NCBI GenBank assembly: GCA_041736175.1
Contig: JBGSUI010000234.1
Span: 33,394 to 97,393, forward strand
Source: Oligoflexales bacterium
Lineage (GTDB): Bacteria > Bdellovibrionota_B > Oligoflexia > Oligoflexales > CAIYRB01
Length of the DNA: 64,000 nucleotides
Direction: 5' to 3'
Part shown: positions 37,048-46,505 of the stretch, piece by piece
How the letters are laid out: every line of letters starts with the position of its first letter
Position numbering within the stretch: the stretch's first letter is position 1
The notes under the pieces: generated by a model
The model's input: only the letters and a program-made list of their open reading frames with translations
Told to the model about the DNA's origin: nothing
The model's database searches: none
Made by a program: the position numbers and the translations under genes

Positions 37048-39747
37048 ATGGCCGTTGCTGGAAATCATGGTTCCCTGCGTCCCCTGGACCGTGTAGTAGG
37101 TTTAGGACAGGAGGCAGTGGGTAAGAGTCCAAATGGTTATGCAGGTCAAAAATCCGCAAAAGCTCCATCCACTGCCCCTAAAGGCGATTTTGCGGCACAG
37201 CTTGTGGAACCCTCAAATTCAAGTCCTAAGCCCCCCGTCGTACCTAAACATGAACCAACTAAATCTCCTCCAAAACCCGCGAAAGGGAAGGAGTTTAAAA
37301 AAGAACCCTCTAAGGAGCTTGGTCGTGAGGTTGCTAGTAAAAATGCTGTGGCTCCCCAAAAGGAGCCCTCAGTAAAAGAGCCCCCAGTAAAAGAGCCCCC
37401 AGCAAAGGAGCCCCTACCAAAGGAGCCTCTACCAAAGGAGACCCTACAAACCGAGGCGGGCACTGAAACCACGGAAGCGACGACTCCTCGGAACCTCAAA
37501 ACAGAGATTAAGGGATTGCCCGTTGTGGCCTTGCTGACAGGTCGTCTTGAGGCTCTTAAACCACAAGATATCACGCAGCTCGTTGCAGAAAATGGTTTTG
37601 TAAAATCAGCAGTGACTGAGCCCGATATAGTGGGATTTTTTGAAAAGCCAGTGGAGATCGAAAGCCTTCTGAGGGATTTAGGAGTCTCAGAGGAAATCCT
37701 CCAGGGATTGAGGCTTAATGGCGTAGACCTTTCGACGATGGGCACACCTTTGGGCCTCTTTAAGTCCGTGGGAATCGATGCCCAGCAGGTCAGATCGGAG
37801 CTGACGATCCTCAGAGACAATTTAAGTTTAGGAACCATTGGCGACTATCTTAAACGGGCTCAAGTTTTGTCGAAAGGGGCACCCTCTCCAGGGATGTCAT
37901 ATGGAGAAGAAGGTCTAGGTGGTCCCACGGGCCAATCCCCCTTGCAAACGGGCCCTGTCCGTTCGCCTGTCTCCACTGTTTCTCCTGATGATAGAGGTCT
38001 AGCAGCGAGGGAAGAGCAGGTTCCCAAGATGAGTGAACCCAGTCACCATGGGATAAGTCCACAAGGAGCAGAGTCCTTGGCCCCTAGCGGATTGGGGCAA
38101 GCACAAGTCGCCCAACTTGCCAATCCCCAGCTCGCGACAAAGGCCGGGGGAAAAAGTGACCTAGGAAACAATAAAATCTCAAGCAAAGCCTTTGCCCCCC
38201 CGGACAAGGGTCAAGGAATGTTGAGTCGTCCTTCGGGAGCATCGCTAACATCACTTTTCCAAGGCCCGGAAGTCTCTTTTGCAGAGGAGTCACCCTGGGC
38301 AGGTCAGACTTTATGGGACGGTTTTGATCGTGAAGTTTTGACGCCAGGTCTTTTAGGTATCGAGACTTTTGCGACTGATCAAATCCCAATGGATCCTCTC
38401 AAACAACCTGTCTTACAAACCATGGGGACATCCCTACAGCCCCAGGCCCAGGCGGCAAGTTTTGACCACTGGTATGCTATGGGCCAAAAGATCGGCCCCC
38501 AGGGGCAGGTCCCCGGACAGGGAGAGATGGGGGAGTTTGGCCTGAGGGGAGAGCAGGAAAATGCTGTCCCTAAAAAAGCAGTCCCTCGGGAAGAGCTTGT
38601 TTTACAAAAAATCGGTCCCAGCGACCAAAGGTTCGTCCGTACCGAGGATCCTAAACAGCAAATGAATATTAAGATCCCGTCCGACAGCAAGGCAAGTGGA
38701 TTGGAACCCACAGACCCTGGAATTGAAATCTCGGCGAGCCAAAACCAACTAAGACAAGATTTAGACAGAACCCCTTCGGCAGAAAAGGGAGCTACGGAGA
38801 CGGTACGAGGACCTCGTGATTTTATGGAGTCCTGGACCCAGGGGCGCCAGGCGATGGGCCAGTCTAAGGGAATCGATCATCTCCAAAACAAAGGAATGAC
38901 CTCTTTATTGCAGCCGTCGTCCCTATCGATGACAGGGACAGCCTCTGCACCTAGCGAGGTCGCTCTCCAGCGGCTTGGTCTTACCACGGATTCGATCAAT
39001 CTAGCGGAAATGCGCGCCTCTTCACCAGGGTTACAAGAAGAACTAACCAAAAATTTGGAATCCTTGAGTGCGTCCAGTGACCAAGGGTTTGATCAAGAGG
39101 GGCAGCTGGGGATCAGAGATCAGGGCGACTCTAAAGCCATGGGTATCTTAGCGGGAGGGAGATCTGAAGACCAAAACCAACGGGGCCAGGGGGATTTAGG
39201 TCAAGGGGATGGTTTTAGAAATTCAATGACAAGCCAAGAACGGGCCCAGTGGGTGCAAAAAATCTTTGACGGTGCCCATATGCTGCTTAGCCAAGGGGGC
39301 GGCCAAATTCGCCTAACCATGCCCCAGACTCCTTGGGGATCTCTTGATGTAGCTTTAAATATGACCAACCAAAAAATGGATATCAGGGTCTTAGCGGGTG
39401 ACGACGGTATTCGTGAAGCTCTCGCTGTAGAACTAGGCCAACTCGGTGATCTTTTGAATGCGAGAAACATAGAGTTAGGAAAGATCGAAGTGGGACTGTC
39501 CGGTGTGGCGATCAATAAAGGATCCCAGGCAGGATCCCAGCAAAACTCCCAGGGGGGATCCCAGCAATCTGGGGACCAACGGTTTAAGGACCATGCGATT
39601 CATCAAGATTGGTTACAAGATATGAGAAGCCAGGTCAAACTGGCACAGTTTGACCAGTTGCGGACTATGACCAGTCCTCGGTTATATCAAAAGGATTCTG
39701 AAAATTATGGAAATTCCATTCAAAACACCGTCAATAAAATAATCTAA
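37048..39747 (+). CDS. fliK: Flagellar hook-length control protein FliK
   Basis: Long Pro/Gly/Gln-rich disordered region; C-terminal GGGQIRLTMPQTPWGSLDV...IREAL..L..LL..NIELGKIEV; upstream of flgD; GAGGAG RBS. Confidence 0.85.
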   Translation: MAVAGNHGSLRPLDRVVGLGQEAVGKSPNGYAGQKSAKAPSTAPKGDFAAQLVEPSNSSPKPPVVPKHEPTKSPPKPAKGKEFKKEPSKELGREVASKNAVAPQKEPSVKEPPVKEPPAKEPLPKEPLPKETLQTEAGTETTEATTPRNLKTEIKGLPVVALLTGRLEALKPQDITQLVAENGFVKSAVTEPDIVGFFEKPVEIESLLRDLGVSEEILQGLRLNGVDLSTMGTPLGLFKSVGIDAQQVRSELTILRDNLSLGTIGDYLKRAQVLSKGAPSPGMSYGEEGLGGPTGQSPLQTGPVRSPVSTVSPDDRGLAAREEQVPKMSEPSHHGISPQGAESLAPSGLGQAQVAQLANPQLATKAGGKSDLGNNKISSKAFAPPDKGQGMLSRPSGASLTSLFQGPEVSFAEESPWAGQTLWDGFDREVLTPGLLGIETFATDQIPMDPLKQPVLQTMGTSLQPQAQAASFDHWYAMGQKIGPQGQVPGQGEMGEFGLRGEQENAVPKKAVPREELVLQKIGPSDQRFVRTEDPKQQMNIKIPSDSKASGLEPTDPGIEISASQNQLRQDLDRTPSAEKGATETVRGPRDFMESWTQGRQAMGQSKGIDHLQNKGMTSLLQPSSLSMTGTASAPSEVALQRLGLTTDSINLAEMRASSPGLQEELTKNLESLSASSDQGFDQEGQLGIRDQGDSKAMGILAGGRSEDQNQRGQGDLGQGDGFRNSMTSQERAQWVQKIFDGAHMLLSQGGGQIRLTMPQTPWGSLDVALNMTNQKMDIRVLAGDDGIREALAVELGQLGDLLNARNIELGKIEVGLSGVAINKGSQAGSQQNSQGGSQQSGDQRFKDHAIHQDWLQDMRSQVKLAQFDQLRTMTSPRLYQKDSENYGNSIQNTVNKII
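37360..37449 (+). repeat. Six 15-nt tandem repeats (KEPxx) in fliK
   Basis: aaggagccctcagta aaagagcccccagta aaagagcccccagca aaggagcccctacca aaggagcctctacca aaggagaccctacaa. Confidence 0.9.
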
Positions 39748-39826
39748 AATTTAGGGGAGCAAGTTTAAAAAGTTATCAAAATGATATATTATTTAGCGAG
39801 AGAGTTTTAACTAAGGAACCGATCCC

Positions 39827-40882
39827 ATGCGCATGGACATCAGAGAACGCATTCATCCGGTTGAGGCCCGTCCCGGCCTGGATTTCAGCGATAGCGCCAT
39901 TAAAGATCCGACCCCACCTCCCGAAAAGTCAGGAGAAAACAAAGTAAGCTTTAAGGATCTTGTTTTAAACTCCAACGACGAAACCTCAAGGCAGAGAGCT
40001 GCCCAAAAAAATGGCGATGGATTAAGGAGGGCGAAAACCGACGAAGAGTTTGCCAAGATGATGAGTGACCAACTCAATAAAGAAAACCTCCGTAAGCCGC
40101 AAAACAACCTGGATAAAGACTCATTTTTAAAGCTTTTTATCACCCAAATGCAAAACCAAGACCCCCTGAACCCAGACGATAGCGCCGAGATGGCAGCACA
40201 GCTCGCCCAGTTTAACGGACTGGAGCAGATGATGAACGTCAATAAAAATCTAGAGAAAATGCAGAGTGATCAGGCCCTCACCAGGGGAGTGACGCTGTTA
40301 CCTTTTGTTGGCAAAGAGGTCAAGCTGGGGAGTGGCAAAATCAGGGTGGAAGATCATAAGGTCTCCAAAGCTGGGATCCAACTCAAACAGGAAGTCCCTA
40401 AGGCGACTCTCGAAGTGAGAGATGGAGCCGGTGTGGTGGTTGCCACCCGAGACATGGGATCTCTCAAGCGCGGCGAGCAAATGCTCTCGTGGGATGGGAA
40501 AGGTGTCGATGGCAAACCCGTCCCTGATGGAACCTATACCATCCAGGTCACCGGCAAGGACCTCAATGATCAGGAAGTCCCTGTGGATGTCTTTAGCATC
40601 GTCAAGGTCAATGGGATCGACTTTAAGGAAAGCGGCGGGCTCTTTGAGACCGATGTGGGGCGGGTCGGGATAGGCGAAGTGATCTCAGTGGGGACCGAGG
40701 GGGTGTTAACCCAACAAGCAGCCGCGCTTCAGCAGCCAGCAAAAACAGAACCTGTCCAACCCGATCAACCTGTCCAACCCGATCAACCTGGCCAAACTAA
40801 CCAGCCAGTCCAGGCTAGCCAACCGGTCCAAGCAGCTAAACCACAAACCAATTCTAATCCGGAAAAATCTCCAACGATCTGA
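39827..40882 (+). CDS. flgD: Flagellar hook capping protein FlgD
   Basis: LDKDSFLKLFITQMQNQDPLNP, QLAQFNGLEQ, WDGKGVDGKPVPDGTYTI. Confidence 0.95.
   Translation: MRMDIRERIHPVEARPGLDFSDSAIKDPTPPPEKSGENKVSFKDLVLNSNDETSRQRAAQKNGDGLRRAKTDEEFAKMMSDQLNKENLRKPQNNLDKDSFLKLFITQMQNQDPLNPDDSAEMAAQLAQFNGLEQMMNVNKNLEKMQSDQALTRGVTLLPFVGKEVKLGSGKIRVEDHKVSKAGIQLKQEVPKATLEVRDGAGVVVATRDMGSLKRGEQMLSWDGKGVDGKPVPDGTYTIQVTGKDLNDQEVPVDVFSIVKVNGIDFKESGGLFETDVGRVGIGEVISVGTEGVLTQQAAALQQPAKTEPVQPDQPVQPDQPGQTNQPVQASQPVQAAKPQTNSNPEKSPTI
40751..40840 (+). repeat. Five 18-nt tandem repeats (PVQPDQ-like) at the flgD 3' end
   Basis: cctgtccaacccgatcaa twice, then three diverged copies. Confidence 0.85.
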
Positions 40883-40903
40883 AAAAAATCGAAAGGTCTT
40901 CCC

Positions 40904-41689
40904 ATCAGAAACGTAGGCTTTATCCTAGTCCTGTTATCATGCCAAACCCTGCCACACCAAAGTCAAACCCAGGTTGACGAGAGTGGACAGGAGGCTAAAC
41001 TCCTTCCCCAACAAGAATTGGGCTTGAAACAACCGTTTCGCAGCGCCTCCTGTCCTCCAGTCTCAAAACCCTGTACAGAACGGTACGATCCGGTGCAGTG
41101 TTTTAGTAAAAAATATAAAGGTCGAACTTTTCTACCTGGAAAGACCCCAATGGCCTGGGGCGAAAATGATTGTCTTGGTCTAGAAAATCTCAATCAAGTC
41201 GTTTGCCGACTGCAACTTAAGCCCAGCGATTTAGACGGTGTCCAATGCATCCCCGATGGAAGCAATGGTGCATGCCACCTTGAAAAACCTAAATGTCCCA
41301 AAGATGACAAGGTTTATGTCTGTGCGACCGATACTTATAACCAACAAAAATTACAAAAAAGCCAAATCTTGAAAGCTTGGGGCTACGGAGCCTGTGAGGC
41401 ACGGTGGGAGCTGGGTGTGAGAGCCTGCCAGGCAAATCTCAATCCCAAATTGGTGGGTAAGGTATCCTGTGAGCAAGATTTGGTAACCAGCGAGTGCATC
41501 AAAGGTATCGAGAGTTGTTTTGATAAAATTGCCACGACGACCTGTAGGGGTGTATTAAAGAAATCGGAGCAAGCCGTCGAAGCAACATCTGATAGCGAGT
41601 GTGCAGCGAAAGCAGTTTTAAGTCTTCAGTCCTGTGTGTTGGGAGAATCGCCGGCCTCGCTTAACGATGTGGTATGTCGGAGCCTTTGA
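40904..41689 (+). CDS. Cys-rich lipoprotein with three Kazal-like repeats; start uncertain (ATC 40904 proposed; ORF track TTG 41018)
   Basis: In-frame RNVGFILVLLSC lipobox upstream of the called start. Repeats CTERYDPVQC..AWGENDC, CPKDDKVYVC..AWGYGAC, CFDKIATTTC..SDSEC. Confidence 0.6.
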   Translation: MRNVGFILVLLSCQTLPHQSQTQVDESGQEAKLLPQQELGLKQPFRSASCPPVSKPCTERYDPVQCFSKKYKGRTFLPGKTPMAWGENDCLGLENLNQVVCRLQLKPSDLDGVQCIPDGSNGACHLEKPKCPKDDKVYVCATDTYNQQKLQKSQILKAWGYGACEARWELGVRACQANLNPKLVGKVSCEQDLVTSECIKGIESCFDKIATTTCRGVLKKSEQAVEATSDSECAAKAVLSLQSCVLGESPASLNDVVCRSL

Positions 41690-41743
41690 GGTCTCTGATA
41701 AGACGGCAGAAAGAATGGGACTCAGCCATAAGGGGGTATTCCG

Positions 41744-43567
41744 ATGATAATCGATGGAAGCATCCGTGAAAATTTATCTTTGTTAGCCAAAACATTTGGG
41801 TTTGTGGTGTTTGGTTGCCTGTCGCTGTCGTGCGGTGGCGACGACAAAAAAGGGAGCGAGGGAGATGCTGTCAGCTTCTCGGAGGTCGCCTTTGAGGGAG
41901 CAGAGAGTGGACAGCAGTATGTTGTGATCCCCTATGTTTTGGGCAACCCAGACAAAATCGAGGGTGGCTCAGACACCGTTAAATTTACCCTCACCGGGAC
42001 CCAAGCCAGCGGCGCATCTCTCCGGGACGATGGTGATGTTGATTCCCCCAAGGCCGATTTTCACGGGAGCTTATCTTCTGAGGAGATGTCCTACAGCGAG
42101 ATGAACCATCAGTTGCGGACCCTACTCAATCGGTTTGATCCTGAACTCGGCTACTACCAAGGGGAATGGTTTTGGAGCTTGGCGAAGAAAATCGATCAAG
42201 CCCTCTTAAAACAAGGATCTTGGACCCCCCAGTCTGCGACGGGCCTCGGTGGATCTAACTTTACGAGCGCTGGTTTGGAAGGGGAGTTAGGACCGGTAGA
42301 AAGCAGCTATCTTTCTGGGATTGGGCTCGGTCCAGTCGCCCCGAATAGGGGATTTTCGGGGAAAAAAATGGTGCCTAGTGACGCCAATTTAACTGCCGCA
42401 ACTTGCCCCAAGGCTGGTGATTCGGTGACTATGCCTGACCGCGACAATCCATCTGAAAACGATTCGGCTATTATCCCCGCCTCTGGAGTCGTCGAGGGGA
42501 CGGACTATTGCATTGTCTACCTTACGGCACCCGTCAGCGAGCCCAGTAAAGATAACATCAAAAAGTCCCTGGAAACGATTTTAAAGGTCTATAAAAAGGT
42601 CATTTATAAGGACGAGTTTGCGGCGACGACCTCAGGGTTTAACTTTAAACCAGTCGTGGTCGTGGTGGATTTTAAAGACACAAATCGGTGGCCAGGCAGC
42701 TTTGCCTATCAAGTCGATGGAGCCTTTTTACCCAATCCCTCTAAAGCTGCAAAACAGCCGATGCTTTATATGGCCTCAGACCTCAATAAAGTCAAAGCGC
42801 GCGATGCCACCCTGGTCAAGAACCTGTTTCATTCCACTTTAGCCCATGAGATGCAGCATGCTATTATGAACTTCTACCGGGTACAAAAAACCGCAGGTAA
42901 ACTCGAAAATCCTTCGATCGACGAGGGTCTTGCCCACTATATGGAAGATCTCTTTGGCTACGGTACAGAGAATTTTTCAGGTTTCCCCAAATCGTTTTTT
43001 GATGTTTGGACTGACACCTATCCTCCGGTTCTACATGCCTCGGCGTCGGAGCCGATCAATCGTGGAGGGGCCCAGGCTCTGTGGTATTATCTGGTGAGCC
43101 AAAAAGGCGGCGTGAAATTTGAGGGTGGGAATGCCAGTGGTGGGGACGGCCTTAAGTTTATCGCCGAAGTGGCAACCAATGCGACCCAAGCGGGACCCAA
43201 AGGTCTCGCAGCCAAATATGGCCAGGATTTGACGAGCATGATCGGCGAGTTTTTTGGGGCGATGGTCGCGGATAACACCAGTGTTCCAGGTGGTAGCGAT
43301 CGACTTAAGGTGCAAGAACTCCAGGCCATGAAAGACCTCCAGGGCGTCGATAAAAAATACGGCATGAGGTTTAACAATTTTGGTGGCCTACCAGCGACTC
43401 GGAAATTTGACGACAATAAATTTACCTCCGGCAAAGCCTCCGGTGATATCACTTTTTACTCAGCTTTCCCCATGCTCTACCAGGTGTCAGACCCAGCGGT
43501 AACACTCAAGTTTAATGCCTCCACGGATGTGGGTGCGGTGGCTATCAGTAAAGTTAGAATTAAATAA
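41744..43567 (+). CDS. Lipoprotein zinc metallopeptidase (HExxH, gluzincin-like)
   Basis: LSLSC lipobox; STLAHEMQHAI followed by SIDEGLAHYMED. Confidence 0.8.
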   Translation: MIIDGSIRENLSLLAKTFGFVVFGCLSLSCGGDDKKGSEGDAVSFSEVAFEGAESGQQYVVIPYVLGNPDKIEGGSDTVKFTLTGTQASGASLRDDGDVDSPKADFHGSLSSEEMSYSEMNHQLRTLLNRFDPELGYYQGEWFWSLAKKIDQALLKQGSWTPQSATGLGGSNFTSAGLEGELGPVESSYLSGIGLGPVAPNRGFSGKKMVPSDANLTAATCPKAGDSVTMPDRDNPSENDSAIIPASGVVEGTDYCIVYLTAPVSEPSKDNIKKSLETILKVYKKVIYKDEFAATTSGFNFKPVVVVVDFKDTNRWPGSFAYQVDGAFLPNPSKAAKQPMLYMASDLNKVKARDATLVKNLFHSTLAHEMQHAIMNFYRVQKTAGKLENPSIDEGLAHYMEDLFGYGTENFSGFPKSFFDVWTDTYPPVLHASASEPINRGGAQALWYYLVSQKGGVKFEGGNASGGDGLKFIAEVATNATQAGPKGLAAKYGQDLTSMIGEFFGAMVADNTSVPGGSDRLKVQELQAMKDLQGVDKKYGMRFNNFGGLPATRKFDDNKFTSGKASGDITFYSAFPMLYQVSDPAVTLKFNASTDVGAVAISKVRIK

Positions 43568-43584
43568 AGCCCCAGGAGGTTAAT

Positions 43585-44097
43585 GTGGTCAAGTATTTAG
43601 TCTATCCAATGGTGATCCTGGCCCTCAGTGCATTTGATTTTCCTCTCTATGCAGAGGAAGGCGAGCAGGTCACCGGCGCGGTACGGGTCGCCGGAGGTGG
43701 GTTTAGCCAAGAGATCCAAGTCCTCACGGAAGGCAAAGACACTCCGGTGGTCCTCTGTGATACCCCGGAGGCAGGTCGGGTTAAAAAACTAGCCGCAATG
43801 ACTGTGAAAGTCACGGGGAGTTGGATGCTCAATAAGCAGGGTCAAAAATCCTGCTTTACCACCAAGAGCTTTGTGGTGACCAAGCATATCAGCGGTCGAG
43901 AACCTCTGGTCGGGACCCTTGTTAAAAACAATGAGTCGTTTGCTATTAAAAACGACGATGGCAAGGAGTACAAAATAACAGAGGTCTCTTCGGGCCTGGC
44001 AAAGTTAGCCGGCAAAAAAGTCATCGTCGATGCTAAGTCAATCAATACCTCTAACAAAAAAGTTCTTAAAGTCGTGAGTTATGGTGAATTTCCCTGA
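43585..44097 (+). CDS. Secreted hypothetical protein with two OB-fold-like repeats
   Basis: AGGAGG RBS; signal peptide; repeats VTGAV...KKLAAMTVKVTG and LVGTL...AKLAGKKVIVD. Confidence 0.6.
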   Translation: MVKYLVYPMVILALSAFDFPLYAEEGEQVTGAVRVAGGGFSQEIQVLTEGKDTPVVLCDTPEAGRVKKLAAMTVKVTGSWMLNKQGQKSCFTTKSFVVTKHISGREPLVGTLVKNNESFAIKNDDGKEYKITEVSSGLAKLAGKKVIVDAKSINTSNKKVLKVVSYGEFP

Positions 44098-44139
44098 GGT
44101 GATTCATCTGATGTTCGCCCATTTATTAAGGAGATTGTG

Positions 44140-44817
44140 ATGAAACTAGGTCGTTCGCTTTTAAAGGTCGCAACTAAAAATCTGTTGGTTGTATTGGTCG
44201 GCTGTGCTGCGATGTTGTTTGTGGGGTCCCAAGTGACTCTTGCAAACACCCTGATCACCCTGGATGGTGGCAAACCCAAAGCGGGGCTTGCTAAATCCTG
44301 GAAAAAAGTCAAAGAGGGTCAATACGAATTTGAATTGGATACGGCCGCCGAACTGAAACCAGGTACCAAGGTGACCACAACGTTTGTTAAAGACTCCCTT
44401 GAAGCTAAGCTTGGGGGCCCTTACAGCGCTAAGGTGACGGCTGACAGCCCGTCCAAAGTGACTGTGACCTTTAAAGGGGATGAGGCTAAGTTTTTGGAGC
44501 AAGTCTCAAAAACAAAAATCCGTGCGGGTAAAGACGTGCAGTTAGCCATGGAAAGCTCCGTCTCAGATGGCGGGATCCGGGCTAAAGCAGCGGATCGCCC
44601 TGCAGCCGATGGTGAAGTTAAAGCGATTGCCATCAAGGTCGAGGGCAACAAAATCACCGGCAAAGTCAACGAAACCAAAAGTTCAAAGCTACCAGCCAAC
44701 GAAAAATTTGTGGTCAAGGGAACCATCAAAGGTCTCAAACAAAACGACAAATTTTTCTTTAAACCAGAGAAAAAAGAAGGCGATGCTTGGGTTCCCGTCG
44801 CTGGATCTCTCCAGTAG
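44140..44817 (+). CDS. Secreted Lys-rich hypothetical protein
   Basis: AAGGAG RBS; signal peptide ending VTLA; no family recognised. Confidence 0.65.
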   Translation: MKLGRSLLKVATKNLLVVLVGCAAMLFVGSQVTLANTLITLDGGKPKAGLAKSWKKVKEGQYEFELDTAAELKPGTKVTTTFVKDSLEAKLGGPYSAKVTADSPSKVTVTFKGDEAKFLEQVSKTKIRAGKDVQLAMESSVSDGGIRAKAADRPAADGEVKAIAIKVEGNKITGKVNETKSSKLPANEKFVVKGTIKGLKQNDKFFFKPEKKEGDAWVPVAGSLQ

Positions 44818-44820
44818 ATT

Positions 44821-46437
44821 TTACGATAGTCCACTCGACGACAGGACTTCATAAGGAGCCTCGTCGAGCATTTTTTTGGTGAGACTGGACAGCTTGAATT
44901 CAATCTCTAAACCAAACTCGTTGATCAGATTTTGGAAGAGTTCTTGGGCATCATGGGCTAGGAAATGTTTGATATCGTCACGGATGCGGATGGTCATCTT
45001 GCGGTCGCCCGTCTGGATGGTATGCCGCCGAATCTCTCGTAGCAGATCAAAGGTCTCGGTCACCGGACTGCGAATATGCCCCCGTCCCTCACAATAGGGA
45101 CAAGCCTCCATCAGGGTGCGCTCTAGGGATTCGCTGGTCCTTTTTCGGGTCATCTGCACCAGGCCAAGCTCGCTAATGCGCAAGACATTGGTCCGTGCCT
45201 TGTCAGCTTTAAGCTCCTCTTGGAGGGTATTAAAGACCCGTTCCCGATCTTCGGTTTTTTCCATATCGATAAAATCAATGACGATGATTCCACCGATGTT
45301 TCGGGTGCGAAGTTGGGAGACAATTTTTTTGACGGCTTCTAAATTGGTCTTAAGGATGGTATCTCGCGCGCTGGCTTGGCCGACAAATTTGCCGGTATTG
45401 ATATCAAAAGAAGTCAGGGCCTCGGTTTGGTCGATGATTAAATAGCCTCCTGATGGCAGCTCAATCCGCGATGATAGGGCTCTGCCGATATCCATCTCGA
45501 TTCCATAGACATCAAAGATCGGCGTCTTTTCGTCGTAGAGATAGAGCTTTTTGTGGGCTCCAGGAATGGTCGCCACCAGAAAACGCCTGAGCTCTTCCCA
45601 TGCCTGGGGATCGTCGATGATAATGCGATCGATATCTTCGGCGTAGAGATCTCGAGTGGTTTTGAGGATGAGATTGAGGTCTCGGTAGATCAGGGCTGGA
45701 GCGGTGGAGCGTTTTCTTTTAGCGTCGACCATCCGCCAGACTTTGAGGAGGTATTTGAGGTCCTTTTGGAGGATTGCATCTGACAGGCCAAGGGCTGCTG
45801 TCCGGACGATCACACCGACGTTATCGGGTTTAAATTCCTTAACTAAATCAGAAAGGCGCTGCCTTTCCATAGGATCTTCGATCCTGCGGGAGATACCAAT
45901 GTGGGTGAAATCCGGCATCAGGACGAGGTAGCGACCAGGAATGGAGATAAAAGTCGTCACCCGAGCACCCTTAGAGCCTAGGGGTTCTTTGGCGACTTGG
46001 ACGAGGATTTCTTGGCCTTCTTTGATAAGCTTTTCGATGGGTCGTCGGGATTTAAGATTGCGGTCCCTGAGGTCTTCCGTGGTCAAATCTAAGGGGACTG
46101 TAGGAGAGGGGAGCATTGGAGTGGGGCTTTCGCCTGGCGCACCAGGGGAAGCTGTTGGGGAATGTTCGGGGTTTTCCTGATAGGGACGTGTTTCCCTAAG
46201 GGCTTCGGGATCAATCACGTCCCCGCCGTAGAGAAAAGCGGTCCGTTCGGTACCGATATTGACAAAAGCCGACTGCATGCCAGGCAGCACACGCATCACA
46301 ACACCCAGGTAGACGTTGCCGACGATCCCCGTCTCACTCTGCCTTTCGATAAACAGTTCGGCAACTCGGTCCCGCTCCAGGAGAGCGATGCGGGTTTCCA
46401 TAGAGTTGGTGTTGATGATGAGCTGTTTATCGGCCAT
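44821..46437 (-). CDS. rng: Ribonuclease G (Rne/Rng family)
   Basis: GNVYLGVVMRVLPGMQSAFVNIG, TEALTSFDINTG, GGIIVIDFIDM, CPYCEGRG; start MADKQLIIN. Confidence 0.92.
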   Translation of the reverse strand: MADKQLIINTNSMETRIALLERDRVAELFIERQSETGIVGNVYLGVVMRVLPGMQSAFVNIGTERTAFLYGGDVIDPEALRETRPYQENPEHSPTASPGAPGESPTPMLPSPTVPLDLTTEDLRDRNLKSRRPIEKLIKEGQEILVQVAKEPLGSKGARVTTFISIPGRYLVLMPDFTHIGISRRIEDPMERQRLSDLVKEFKPDNVGVIVRTAALGLSDAILQKDLKYLLKVWRMVDAKRKRSTAPALIYRDLNLILKTTRDLYAEDIDRIIIDDPQAWEELRRFLVATIPGAHKKLYLYDEKTPIFDVYGIEMDIGRALSSRIELPSGGYLIIDQTEALTSFDINTGKFVGQASARDTILKTNLEAVKKIVSQLRTRNIGGIIVIDFIDMEKTEDRERVFNTLQEELKADKARTNVLRISELGLVQMTRKRTSESLERTLMEACPYCEGRGHIRSPVTETFDLLREIRRHTIQTGDRKMTIRIRDDIKHFLAHDAQELFQNLINEFGLEIEFKLSSLTKKMLDEAPYEVLSSSGLS

Positions 46438-46505
46438 ATGATGTCCCTTTAGGGCAGAAAGTTTCGGAAGGAATCCCAGATTGCCGTCCAGTCCATAACT
46501 TAGGG

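Noticed and set aside
37360..37449. Tandem repeats as a CRISPR array (also 27612-27695 and 40751-40840)
   Set aside because: Head-to-tail, codon-multiple repeats without spacers, inside ORFs.
40880..40882. Selenocysteine at the flgD TGA
   Set aside because: No SECIS-like hairpin follows, and the position is not a redox motif.
46080..46200. Pro-rich insert in RNase G as an intein or mobile insert
   Set aside because: Short low-complexity loop at a normally variable S1-domain position; no splicing motifs.
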